Shown here: positions 30,354 to 40,000 of the stretch, piece by piece | How the letters are laid out: every line of letters begins with the position of its first letter | How positions within the stretch are numbered: position 1 is the first letter of the stretch | From: an uncultured delta proteobacterium | Lineage (GTDB): Bacteria > Myxococcota_A > Polyangia > Polyangiales > Polyangiaceae | Reading direction: 5' to 3' | Assembly: GCA_963696385.1 (NCBI GenBank) | Contig: CAVOKF010000005.1 | Coordinates: forward strand, 1,152,001-1,216,000 | DNA length: 64,000 bases | Made by a program: the position numbers and the translations under genes | Notes under the pieces: generated by a model | What the model was told of the DNA's origin: nothing | Seen by the model: only the letters and a program-made list of their open reading frames with translations | Databases searched by the model: none

Positions 30354-32354
30354 ATGCCGACTCGGCACATCGCTCTCGCTCCGGAATCCGGCATGAATCC
30401 GTCGGACTTGGCGCGCGTGAGCGCCGCTTTGCAAAGGCAAGTCACGCGCGACCTGGCGCCGATTTGGCACGTGTCGGCCACCGTCGACCCGTTTCCCAGT
30501 CTCGAAGACGTGCCGGCGGGATATTGGCCGGTCATCGTGACGTTTCGCCCGCTCGGTAGCGAGGCCGGTATTCACGTCGACCAGAACGGCCAGCCGTACG
30601 CTCTCATCGAGATGTCGCCCAGCTGGTCGCTCACGGCCAGTCACGTGTCGATCGAGATGATCACCGATCCGTTCGGGAGCCGATCGTTTCCCGGCATGTC
30701 GCCGCGTTCGGACCAGGGCGACGTCGAGTTTCGCGGTGGAGTGTGCGACCCCTGCGAACACCCGGACCACGCGTACTTGATCAACGACGTTTTGGTCTCC
30801 GACTTTTGTACGCCGGCTTTCTGGGAGCCCACGTCCAGAGAACAGCGGAGCTTCACCGGGGCGATTCAAGAGGCGCATCAGGTTCTGCCGGGTGGACACA
30901 TGTGCTGGTACGACCCCACCAGCAACACGTGGTGGCTCAGACAGCGTCGCATCACCGACGGCGCTGTCACGGATATCGAGGTCGGTGTCGCCGACCCCGA
31001 ACGGGGGACCGTTCGCGAATTTATTTGCCAGCACTCCCTGCACCTGCAATCGACGAAAATGACGACGGAAGCGTTCGAAGCGCGCGTGGGCACCACGCGC
31101 CAACGGGCGCTGCGCGCGTCCCAATCGAGGGCCTACTGGTTGCGCTCCGCGATCGATCGATCGCGCGTCGTCCATCCTCTCGAAATGGAGGCCGAGGTTC
31201 GGGCTGAGCTGCAAGCGGCCCGCGCAGCGCGCAAATCGTTGGATCGGCATCGGGAGGATGGCGCGTCCACGGGGCGTCCCCCGCGAGACGTGCAGCCGCG
31301 TGCGTCTACCCCGGGCGCGTCGTTCCCGCGTCGTCGCAATCGGGCGGGCGCGGACGAAGACGCGTTCACCGTCGACGAATCGGCCCTCGAACAGTCGGTC
31401 CTCGAACAGTCGGCGCTGGAGCAAGAGATCTCGCAAGCTTTTGCGCGAGCACGCGAGGCTCGCGCGGCCGCGGCCGCGGCGACCAAGCCGTCCGTCGCTC
31501 CGGTGGTGGACCGAGCCCCGAGCCGCGAAGCGATGACTCCCCCCGCTCCGCCGGTGTCGGAGTCCCAGCCGCCGCCGTCGTACGGCAGCGGCCGCGGGCG
31601 AACGTTGCCGCCGCCGTTGCCCGCGTCGTTGCCCCCGCCCACTCCGCCGCCGTCGCGAGTGGCGTCGCGCTCGGAGCCAGCGCGCGCCGACGACCGCCGC
31701 ACGCTGCCGCACGGGTCGATGGGCCGCGGCGGGTCGATCGGGGAGGGATCGATCGCGGCGACGACCGGATCGATCCGGCCGACATCGTGGTCGGGTCAAC
31801 CGGCGTTGCCCGCCGTCGCTTCGACTCGGAATAGCTGGGCGGTGACGGTCGGCGTCGTGGCCGTGGCCCTGATCGCTGCCTCGGCGTTCGTGTTGCGCAG
31901 AAGCGATGGCGCAACCGCGGCGGCGGGCCCGGGACCCGCTGCTGCTCCGGCCGCCGCGGCGCCCGTGATGGCCGCTTCGCCCGCGCCCAGCCCTACGCTG
32001 ATCGTCGACCCCGCCGCGACGGCCTCCAATCCCGCGGTCGCGCCCGCACCCAGCCCGAGTCCCGTGGTCAATCCCGCCGTGACGGCGGCACCCCGCATCG
32101 CGACGCCAGCGGCCGGCGCGGTACAATTGCCGGTTGTCGCGGTCGCCGCCAAGCCCAGAGCGCCCGCCGCGCTGCCGTCGCCTGGGGTGCCAACGCGGGC
32201 CCCCGCGGCCGCCAGCCCTGCAGTGCGATCGATGCCGGCCGCGAATGCGCCCCCCGTCCTCCCGTCCGTGCCCTCCGCGGAGCCCGCTTCTTCGCCGAAA
32301 TCGACGGGCGTCGCCGTAAGCGATACCGCCGACGAGTTCGGCGGACGCCAATGA
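30354..32354 (+). CDS. Single-pass membrane protein: cytoplasmic zincin-like domain, Pro-rich linker, TM, Pro/Ala tail ending EFGGRQ
   Basis: N-terminal GIH...WSLTASHVSIEMITDP...VCDPCE...VSDF; TM at WAVTVGVVAVALIAASAFVL. Confidence 0.65.
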   Translation: MPTRHIALAPESGMNPSDLARVSAALQRQVTRDLAPIWHVSATVDPFPSLEDVPAGYWPVIVTFRPLGSEAGIHVDQNGQPYALIEMSPSWSLTASHVSIEMITDPFGSRSFPGMSPRSDQGDVEFRGGVCDPCEHPDHAYLINDVLVSDFCTPAFWEPTSREQRSFTGAIQEAHQVLPGGHMCWYDPTSNTWWLRQRRITDGAVTDIEVGVADPERGTVREFICQHSLHLQSTKMTTEAFEARVGTTRQRALRASQSRAYWLRSAIDRSRVVHPLEMEAEVRAELQAARAARKSLDRHREDGASTGRPPRDVQPRASTPGASFPRRRNRAGADEDAFTVDESALEQSVLEQSALEQEISQAFARAREARAAAAAATKPSVAPVVDRAPSREAMTPPAPPVSESQPPPSYGSGRGRTLPPPLPASLPPPTPPPSRVASRSEPARADDRRTLPHGSMGRGGSIGEGSIAATTGSIRPTSWSGQPALPAVASTRNSWAVTVGVVAVALIAASAFVLRRSDGATAAAGPGPAAAPAAAAPVMAASPAPSPTLIVDPAATASNPAVAPAPSPSPVVNPAVTAAPRIATPAAGAVQLPVVAVAAKPRAPAALPSPGVPTRAPAAASPAVRSMPAANAPPVLPSVPSAEPASSPKSTGVAVSDTADEFGGRQ

Positions 32355-33262
32355 CAGGACCGACCGGCGTGCGGAAGATCCCCGCGGCCGTCGCGATCGT
32401 GGCGTTATCGTTTTGGTCCGCCTCGGCGCACGCTCAGCCGAAGGACGACGCGGCGCGCGCGGACATTCTGTTTGCCGTGGCCAAAGAGCTGCGCGCAGCG
32501 GGCCTCTACGCCGACGCCTGCCCCAAATTCGCCGAGGTGGAGCAACTCGCGCCGGGGATCGGCATCATGCTCCACTTGGCGGACTGCTATGAGCACCTCG
32601 GCCGTTCCGACAGTGCCGCCTTGGAGTATCGCAAGGCCGAGACGCTTGCACGCGCGCGAAGCGACAAGCGCGTTTCCGTGGCGCATGCGCGCGCGGAGGC
32701 CCTCGAGTCCAAGATCAAACGCACGACGATCGCCGTCGCGAAGGCGCCCCAACCGGACGGGCCTGGGGCCCATTCCGAGATCAGCGCGAGCGGCGATACG
32801 GTGCCCGCCGACGTCACGGTGGCGGGCCCCGAGAACGCGGCTTCTCCGGCTGCGATCCCTGCCGTCGCCAACTCCGGCTCCGCCGTGACTGCTTCCGCTC
32901 CAGGCGCCGGATCGATGCCCACCGCTCCTCCCAATGCAGAGACTCCAAATGCAGAGCCGCCCGCACCGACGACAGGGCATGTCACGCGCGCTTCGCTCGA
33001 GATCGGACTCTTGAGCGGCGGAGCGGTCGGGCTGGGCGTGGGTGCCGCACTTCTGGCCGTCAAGAACCAGGCGATCACCTCGGGCGGCGATTCGTCGGCA
33101 GCCGGGACGGCCTCCGCGGTGGCGTTCGTGGCGGGTGGGGCAGCGATCCTGTCGTCGATCGTGCTTTACCTGACGGCGCCGCCCGACAAGGGCGTGGCGA
33201 TCGGGGTCTCGCCCATGCCGGTTGCCGCAGGCGGCGGCGCTCTGCTTCGAGGAAGCTTCTGA
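32351..33262 (+). CDS. Exported TPR protein (myxobacterial TPR/PEGA type, PEGA domain apparently absent)
   Basis: Signal ending AHA; ACPKFAE..LAPGIG..LHLADCYE; C-terminal Gly-rich hydrophobic segments ending RGSF; ATGA overlap with the upstream gene. Confidence 0.75.
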   Translation: MTGPTGVRKIPAAVAIVALSFWSASAHAQPKDDAARADILFAVAKELRAAGLYADACPKFAEVEQLAPGIGIMLHLADCYEHLGRSDSAALEYRKAETLARARSDKRVSVAHARAEALESKIKRTTIAVAKAPQPDGPGAHSEISASGDTVPADVTVAGPENAASPAAIPAVANSGSAVTASAPGAGSMPTAPPNAETPNAEPPAPTTGHVTRASLEIGLLSGGAVGLGVGAALLAVKNQAITSGGDSSAAGTASAVAFVAGGAAILSSIVLYLTAPPDKGVAIGVSPMPVAAGGGALLRGSF

Positions 33263-33276
33263 CGTCGCTGTTTGGG

Positions 33277-34269
33277 TCAGGGCAACGTGCTGCAATTGGA
33301 CAGCGAGCCGGCGGTCCCGGCGTTGTCGACGCACTCGACGAGGCTCGGCGGGATGCCGCTCGAGGTGCCCCCTACAAGGACGACGGTCAACGCGCTGCCC
33401 GAAGCGGCCGATACGGGGGTCGTGGTCGACACCGAGGTTGGTTCACCTGTGCCGCCGTCCGGTTCGGTCACGCCGCTTTCGGGTTGAATCGCGCCGTGCA
33501 GTAATGCGGTGATCGTGGCGTTCGCGAGCGCCGAAAGCGTGAGGTAACCGTCGCTGTCGACGCTGGGTGCAGAGGCGTCCGCCGCAAGCGCGGCTTGCGC
33601 TTCGGCCTTGGTACTCGCGGTTCCGAAGGCGATACCGGAAAATTCGGTCTTCGTCCCAATCTTCAGGTCGGCCTCCGGCCAGGACGGGACGGCGTCGACG
33701 ACCCGCAGCGTCACGGCACTCGGGGTCAGCGCGTCGTCCAGGAAGCCGACGACCTGCAGGGCGGAATCGCCTCCGCTGGGATGCGCTTCTCCGACGAGAG
33801 CGATCGTCGCGAAGGTGTTGGCGGCGAGCGAGGGAAGGGGCGTGGCGTACGGGAGGATGCTGACCGCGCAGGTGTCGGCCCCGGCCACCACGACCCACGC
33901 GTCGTATTGGACAGCCGCCGGAACGCTCACGTACGCGCTCACGAAGGGAAACGCGACGTCGCCGGGGCCTGCGTCGGTCGACGCAGCGAGATCGGCCGTA
34001 ATCGGACCCGTGAACGCCAGGGTCCCGTGGGGCGCGACGCACAAATCGATCGCCGGCGAGTCCGGCGACCAGTTGGCCACGCGCAAAAACGCACGCGATG
34101 ACGATTGCGCCGCACCGGCGTCCGTACTCGCCCCGTCGCTCGTGCCATGTCCTCCATCGCCCGCGGCGGCATCGGCGACGGGAACCGGCACGACGTCGTC
34201 GTCACCCGCGCCGCAAGCGATCGCACACGCGCAGACCGTTGCCGTGATCACAATCCAGACGGTTCTCAT
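33277..34269 (-). CDS. DUF4397-like lipoprotein
   Basis: Lipobox AIAC; FLRVANWSPDSPAIDLC...VSAY and a second LRVVDAVP repeat. Confidence 0.75.
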   Translation of the reverse strand: MRTVWIVITATVCACAIACGAGDDDVVPVPVADAAAGDGGHGTSDGASTDAGAAQSSSRAFLRVANWSPDSPAIDLCVAPHGTLAFTGPITADLAASTDAGPGDVAFPFVSAYVSVPAAVQYDAWVVVAGADTCAVSILPYATPLPSLAANTFATIALVGEAHPSGGDSALQVVGFLDDALTPSAVTLRVVDAVPSWPEADLKIGTKTEFSGIAFGTASTKAEAQAALAADASAPSVDSDGYLTLSALANATITALLHGAIQPESGVTEPDGGTGEPTSVSTTTPVSAASGSALTVVLVGGTSSGIPPSLVECVDNAGTAGSLSNCSTLP

Positions 34270-35885
34270 GGCTGTCCCGGGCTCGCCGCTGGCTCCTCTT
34301 CGTGGCGTGTGCGCGACCAGACGGCAGCGATCTCGTTCGACGCGTCGTCCAAGGCGCGGTCGTTGAGAGCCTCGCGTGCGAGGCGACCTCCCGACGGCGG
34401 TGGAACGAGCGCTCCCACGTTATGCGAAACCGCGAGCCGGGGCTCCACGTGGCCGGCAGGCACGACGAGGGGAAATTGCCCCTGGGCTCCCTCGACCACG
34501 CCCCAGGTTCCGGTAGGCCGGCGACCTACCGAATCGACATGAGGGTGGAGGAATACGAGCGAGCGGCTTCCGATGGAAAAAATCGCCTGGCCTTCGATGA
34601 TCTGTCCGATGTCGCCGACACTCCCGCCAAGCGTTCGAATCCACACTTCGCGGTCGAGGCGTCCGGCCACGGACCGTTCGACGCGGGCGCGCGTGTAGGT
34701 GACGATGCGGCGATCCTCCCAGAGCGCGTGCTGTTCGATCGGCGTGACGACCGCGACGGCGCTCGCCTTGTAGATCAGCTCGCCGAAGAGCGCCATCACC
34801 GATACGCTCGCGCGAGCGTCGCGGAAGCTCGCCGCGCAGACTCCCAGCACGGCCAAGGATAGGCCGAGAAACCGGGCGACCGCGCGTGCGCGACGGGAGG
34901 TCCGACGGGTGCGCCGGGCCCACGCTCCGAGGCCCACGAGGCCGCCCGCGGCCAGGACCATGCCGTTGCCGTTCGTCCGCCCGGGCGTGACGCCGCAGCC
35001 GAACAGCGTATCGGTCGCGACTAGCGCGTTGCCGCCGTCTCCCTCCGACGAATCGGCTGCGACGACGCTCGCGTCGAGAGATCCGCATTGGTCTTCAAAA
35101 CCCAAAGGGGGCTGTGGCTGGCACAGGGTAGAAGCGAACGCTCCTTGCGCCGTGCTCCGGCTGCCGTCCGGACTGTATATGGAGCAAATCCCGGTGACGT
35201 CGTCGGGCTCCAAGGTGGTCGAGCCTGGATGATAGAAGGCGTACATCACCGCGGTCGTGTCGGCGGTATGGGCAAGACCGAGGAAATGCCCCGCCTCATG
35301 CGTCAGGATGCTTGCCAGGTCGTAGGCTCCTTGGGGGGGCGTGCCGTCCGCGACGATCACGTAGCCCGCCGTGTTGATCTCGATGTCGGCGCCCAAAATC
35401 TCGCCCGTCGTCAGATTGACGGTGAGCGTCGTGTAGCCGATGGCGTTGGCGCTGTCGTCGTAAGGCCAGCCGTTGTCACGGAAGATAATGACGTTGTTGT
35501 GTTCTTGCGAGGGGACCGCGTCGCAGTCCACAGGCGGAAACGCGCTCGCCAGGATGCTCGGGTTGCCCCCCGCGGCGCACGTCGCGGTGCTCCAGGTCGT
35601 AAAAGCCTGTTGAGCGACCCGCTCCGCGTCGCTGAGCGAAACCTGCTTGCTCGCGTTTCGTTGGAGGCTGTAGCTCACACATTGATTTCTCCAAAAAAGC
35701 GGAGGCAAGGTCGTCCCCGCTTCCGGAGCGGTCGTGAAGCAACCGAGCACGGTCGGGTCGTAGCCGGCCGGGGCGCTCTCGGTCACCTCTCGACAATAGG
35801 CTCGCGCTTGCCTCGCCCCCAGCATCACGACCAGCACGCTCAGCACGGTGCGCGCGGAGCGGCGAGGCGGTCGCAAGGAAGTCAT
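34266..35885 (-). CDS. Matrixin (M10 metzincin) protease, internal MYXO-CTERM-like segment and a second exported domain
   Basis: HEAGHFLGLAH and Met-turn AVMY; GCGV...hydrophobic...RR; then a second signal-like segment ending DARA. Confidence 0.85.
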   Translation of the reverse strand: MTSLRPPRRSARTVLSVLVVMLGARQARAYCREVTESAPAGYDPTVLGCFTTAPEAGTTLPPLFWRNQCVSYSLQRNASKQVSLSDAERVAQQAFTTWSTATCAAGGNPSILASAFPPVDCDAVPSQEHNNVIIFRDNGWPYDDSANAIGYTTLTVNLTTGEILGADIEINTAGYVIVADGTPPQGAYDLASILTHEAGHFLGLAHTADTTAVMYAFYHPGSTTLEPDDVTGICSIYSPDGSRSTAQGAFASTLCQPQPPLGFEDQCGSLDASVVAADSSEGDGGNALVATDTLFGCGVTPGRTNGNGMVLAAGGLVGLGAWARRTRRTSRRARAVARFLGLSLAVLGVCAASFRDARASVSVMALFGELIYKASAVAVVTPIEQHALWEDRRIVTYTRARVERSVAGRLDREVWIRTLGGSVGDIGQIIEGQAIFSIGSRSLVFLHPHVDSVGRRPTGTWGVVEGAQGQFPLVVPAGHVEPRLAVSHNVGALVPPPSGGRLAREALNDRALDDASNEIAAVWSRTRHEEEPAASPGQP

Positions 35886-35901
35886 TGGAGTTGCGCAGCG
35901 A

Positions 35902-37014
35902 TCAAAAGTTCGCACGGACGAGCGCGCCTGCTCCGCCCGAAAGCGGGGCCGGGACGAGCATCCACCCCGTGCGCGGTTTGGAGGTCGGGTCCGTCAGGAA
36001 AACGACGAGCGAAGAGACGAGTGCCGCTCCTCCGACGGCAAATGAAAGGGTCGCGGCGGTCACGGCCTCGTTCTCCAACGAGGGATCGCAAGGGCAGTTG
36101 TGGCTCGCCAGTACACTTCGCCTCACCACGAAAAATGAGCCGAAGCCTGCGCCGACGGCGCCCAGGCCCAAGAGACCCAGCTCGACGCCCAGCCGCGCCG
36201 GGCTCTGTCTCGCGGGAGTCGCCCTCTCGGTCACGGACAGCGCCGCGGGGGGTCCCGAAGCAGCCGACTCACCGGCAATCGAACGGTCTGAAATCGAGAA
36301 GGTCGCGGAAGCAGCCGTTGCGGGCGCCGCCGGGGTTGCCATCGGTGCCGGTGGAGTTGCCGCAGGTGCCGCGAGGGTTGCGACCGGCGCCGGTGCCGTC
36401 GCTGCCGGCGCGGGCTCGTCTGCTTCTACGATGGCAGCGAGATGGGTGGCGTCCAGGTGGGCGTGAAGGGTCCGCGCGGCCCGTCCGGGCCGATCGAGGG
36501 TGACCACATGATCGCCGGGGTCTACCGCGAGCGAGACGTTCCAGCGTTCCGGGGGAAGGGGGGCGCCATCGACCAGGACTCTCCGGTCGTCCTGTGGCGC
36601 TGCCGCGGTGATCACGACCGTGAGTCGGTTGACTTTCGCTTCGAGGGCTTGGGCGCGCACGTGCGCGAGGCCGGCGCGCTTTTCGTCGCCGCGAGCGCGT
36701 GCCAGCGCTTCGGCTTGCCGAAACTGGGCCCATGCGCTCGCCGGCTTTCCGGTGTGCTCGTAGCAGTTGGCCAAATGGAGCGTGACGCCGACACCCGCCG
36801 CCAACCTCTGGCTCTCCGCGAACATCGGACAGGCATCGGCAAGCTGTCCGGCATTCTGCAATTGTTTGGCGGCGTTGAAGAGCCCCTCGGCGCGCGAATC
36901 GTCCGCGGGCTCGGCCGCAAGAGTGGGGGACGACCCCAGCCCCAAGAGTCCCCAGGCGGTCGTTGCGAACGTGCGCCGGGCAGCACGAGCGATCGCGGGG
37001 CAGAAAACGTTCAT
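35902..37014 (-). CDS. Exported TPR/PEGA-type protein, paralog of 32351-33262
   Basis: ACPMFAES..LAAGVG..LHLANCYE; PEGA-like VLVDG...VDPGDHVV; ends RANF. Confidence 0.75.
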   Translation of the reverse strand: MNVFCPAIARAARRTFATTAWGLLGLGSSPTLAAEPADDSRAEGLFNAAKQLQNAGQLADACPMFAESQRLAAGVGVTLHLANCYEHTGKPASAWAQFRQAEALARARGDEKRAGLAHVRAQALEAKVNRLTVVITAAAPQDDRRVLVDGAPLPPERWNVSLAVDPGDHVVTLDRPGRAARTLHAHLDATHLAAIVEADEPAPAATAPAPVATLAAPAATPPAPMATPAAPATAASATFSISDRSIAGESAASGPPAALSVTERATPARQSPARLGVELGLLGLGAVGAGFGSFFVVRRSVLASHNCPCDPSLENEAVTAATLSFAVGGAALVSSLVVFLTDPTSKPRTGWMLVPAPLSGGAGALVRANF

Positions 37015-37049
37015 GGGACGTTCACTTGGGTACCGGGCACCTACGGACC

Positions 37050-40000
37050 TTACTGCAGGCAGGGGTTGCATCCGTTGCCTTGCGCGCAGTTGAGGATCTG
37101 GTTGGCGATGCCCGACGGGTTTGCGCCGGTCGTGTCGGTGTAGTTGTTGATGATGTCGTTCGCGTCGGTCTGCGGGAACGTGAAGCCGGCGACTTCCGGG
37201 GCCAAGCAGGCCCCGTTGACGTTTGCCCCGCGAGACGAGCAGGCCGTTGGGCCCACTTGGTTGAACCCGCTGACTCCACAATAGCAGAACGTATCGCCCT
37301 GCGCGCTGGCGGCGCACTGCTGACCGGTGGCGCCGGTCATGCAATCGAGGGCTCCGAGGCACGCCGAGACCGTGCTGACCGTCGCCCCGCTGCCATTGGT
37401 GAACGTGGTGGAGCTGCCGACGAAGCCCGCCGTTCCAATGTCGTCGCATTCGCGGTTTCGAACACCATGGATCGGATCGTCGAGGCAGGACCCTGCGACA
37501 AGGCAGCTCAGGCAGTTGCCGGTCAGGGTGGGGGAACCGGCGTAATCAGGCCCTGCGGTCAACACGCTGCCCGAGGCGATGTCGAGCTGCACGAACGCTG
37601 CTTCGGTCCGCGAGCAGACTCCGCTGGAGCGGTTGGGGCAGGTGATGCAATTCGTCTCACCCGCTGTGGTGCAAGCCGTCAGAGGCGACGCGTTGCCCGG
37701 ACCATCCCCGCCGGCTTCAACGTGGGCCGAGTCGAGTCCGGCGTCGACTGTTGTCGCGTCGAGGCCCGCGTCGACTGCGGTCGCGTCGACGACGGTCGCG
37801 TCAGCGACGCTCGAGTCCGCGATGCCCGCGTCGAGGCCGCCCTCGCTGGCCGATCCGTCGATCGCGCCCCCATCGTCGGTGGACCCGCCGCCCGCTGCGG
37901 GCTCGTACGTTCCAACGCACGCGCGGACGTTGACGCTCGCCGCCGGAAAGGGCTGGCACACGGGGCCGGAGTAAACGAACGTGGCCGTCGCGTTGGTCGT
38001 CGCGGGGCACGCCGGATCGGAGGTCGAGCTGACCAGCTCGGGCAGCGCCTGGATGTTGGGCAAGACCTGTATCGGCGGCGCGGGTTGAATCCCGAACGCG
38101 TCTAGGGGCTGGATGGCGATGTTCAGGGTCGCGGACGCAGTTCCCGCGTTGGCCATCGGGATCGAAAAGCCGCTCGTGCTGTCGGCTGCGTAGAATGGCC
38201 CTTGTGAGTCGGAATCGGGCCCACCGCCCTGCGGCAGCGATAGAACGGCACCATTGAGTGTCCATGAAATCGGGACTGTGAAATCGGTTGCCGGCAAGCT
38301 GGCGATGTCGATGATCAATTCGTCCGCGTAGGGCGCCGATCCGGGAAGCACACCCTGGCCGGGGCTGACGGGCTTCGGATTGACGACGATGGTCGCCACG
38401 CCATTGGGCGCCAACATCCCAGAGCCCGAGTCTGCGAACGTGTACCAGGTGCCCGCCGAGAGGCGGATCGTGTAGGGCAGCTGTTGGTTGGTCGAATTCG
38501 TGAGGGTCACGGACTGCCCGCCGGGAGGAGATCCGCCGCAGTCGGTCGTGGGGAATACGAGGCTCCCCGAAATGGTTGCGACCGGGCTCGCATTGGAGGA
38601 ACCGGAGAAATCGATGGTGGGCGTCATCCATTGACTCGGCAGGGCCGCGCAGAAAGCGTCGGTCGCGCTCACTTGCAGTTGTCCCTGGTCGGTCCAGTTT
38701 CCGCTGGCGGAGGGCGCAGAGAATTGACCGACGAGCGCGGTCACGCTGGCCGGCGGCACGGTCGTGGGGTTGCTTTGCAAGCCGAAGATGCCTTGTGTCG
38801 TAAGCCCCTGCAGCGTCACGGTCGCCGGCGCGTTGCCCGTATTGCGGACCGATGTGGAGAAGGTGCCGATCGAACCGGCCCCAACCGTTCCGAAATTCCA
38901 TGTGGTCGACAACGGCGTGTCGGCAATGACCGCGCCGCGCGCCTGCATGGCGAGCGGGACGACGTGCGGGGTATCGCCGGCCGCGTCGGTCATGATGGTG
39001 AGCCGGTCGGTGAATGCCGACACGTTGTTCGGATCGGAAACTGCCGGAATGGCCGAGGGGACGACCGTGATGGTGGCCGAGCCGCCAATCGCGATCGCGG
39101 TCGTCGGCACCCCGGAGATCGCAAAGGGCGAGTTCGACCCCTCGCTAAGAGTGACGGAAGTCACGTTGAACGGCTGATTGCCTGCATTCGAGATCGTCAG
39201 CGTCTGAGTCGTTCCCGTTGAACCGCAGTTGACGAGACCGTAGGGATCCCCTGGTTGCCCGAATGCGAGCGTCGAGGCCGAAAGGGAAACGGATCCTGCG
39301 GTGCCCGTTCCGCTCAAGACAATGGCGCCGGGCAGTCCGGCGCATACCGGGTCCGACGTGACGACTGAAAGGGTCGCCGGATCGGCTCCCATGCTCGTTG
39401 GATCGAAGGTGACGGTCTCGGTCGCCGCACTGCCGGCTGCGAGGTTGCTTGCCGGCTGAGAGCCTGAGTAGGCCGCTGCGCCCGCGCCCACGCATGCGAA
39501 CTGGACATTGGCATCCGACGACCCGGGGTTGGCACCGTTGGTCACCGTGAAGGTTTGGCTGAGGCTCGTGTCGAGTGGGACCTGACCGAAGCGCAGAGTC
39601 GAGACGGAGACGGACAATTGATCGCCCAGAGGGACCTCGCTCAAGTTCACGACGTGAGGCGGATCCAGCGGGACATCCGTCGTTACCACCAGTTGCGCCG
39701 CAAGCGCAGCCGGGTTCGGATTCGGCGCGGGGGAAGCGACGGCGGTTGCGGTCACCATCACGGTGGAGCTCGCCCCAGGAGGCAAGAGTCCGGGTGGCGT
39801 ACTGGTCGTTGCGCTGTAGATGGCGGCTCCGGGCCCCGTGATTCCGCCCAGCGTCCAAGTGAGGTCGGCCGTTCCATTGTTGGATACGACGAATGTCTGC
39901 GATCCGGGGGCCGGGCCTCCACAGGTGGCCGGAAAGGTCAAGAGCGTCGGGGTCACGATCGGGCCGCCGCCGATGGCACTTCCGGAAAGCGGCAGGGGCG

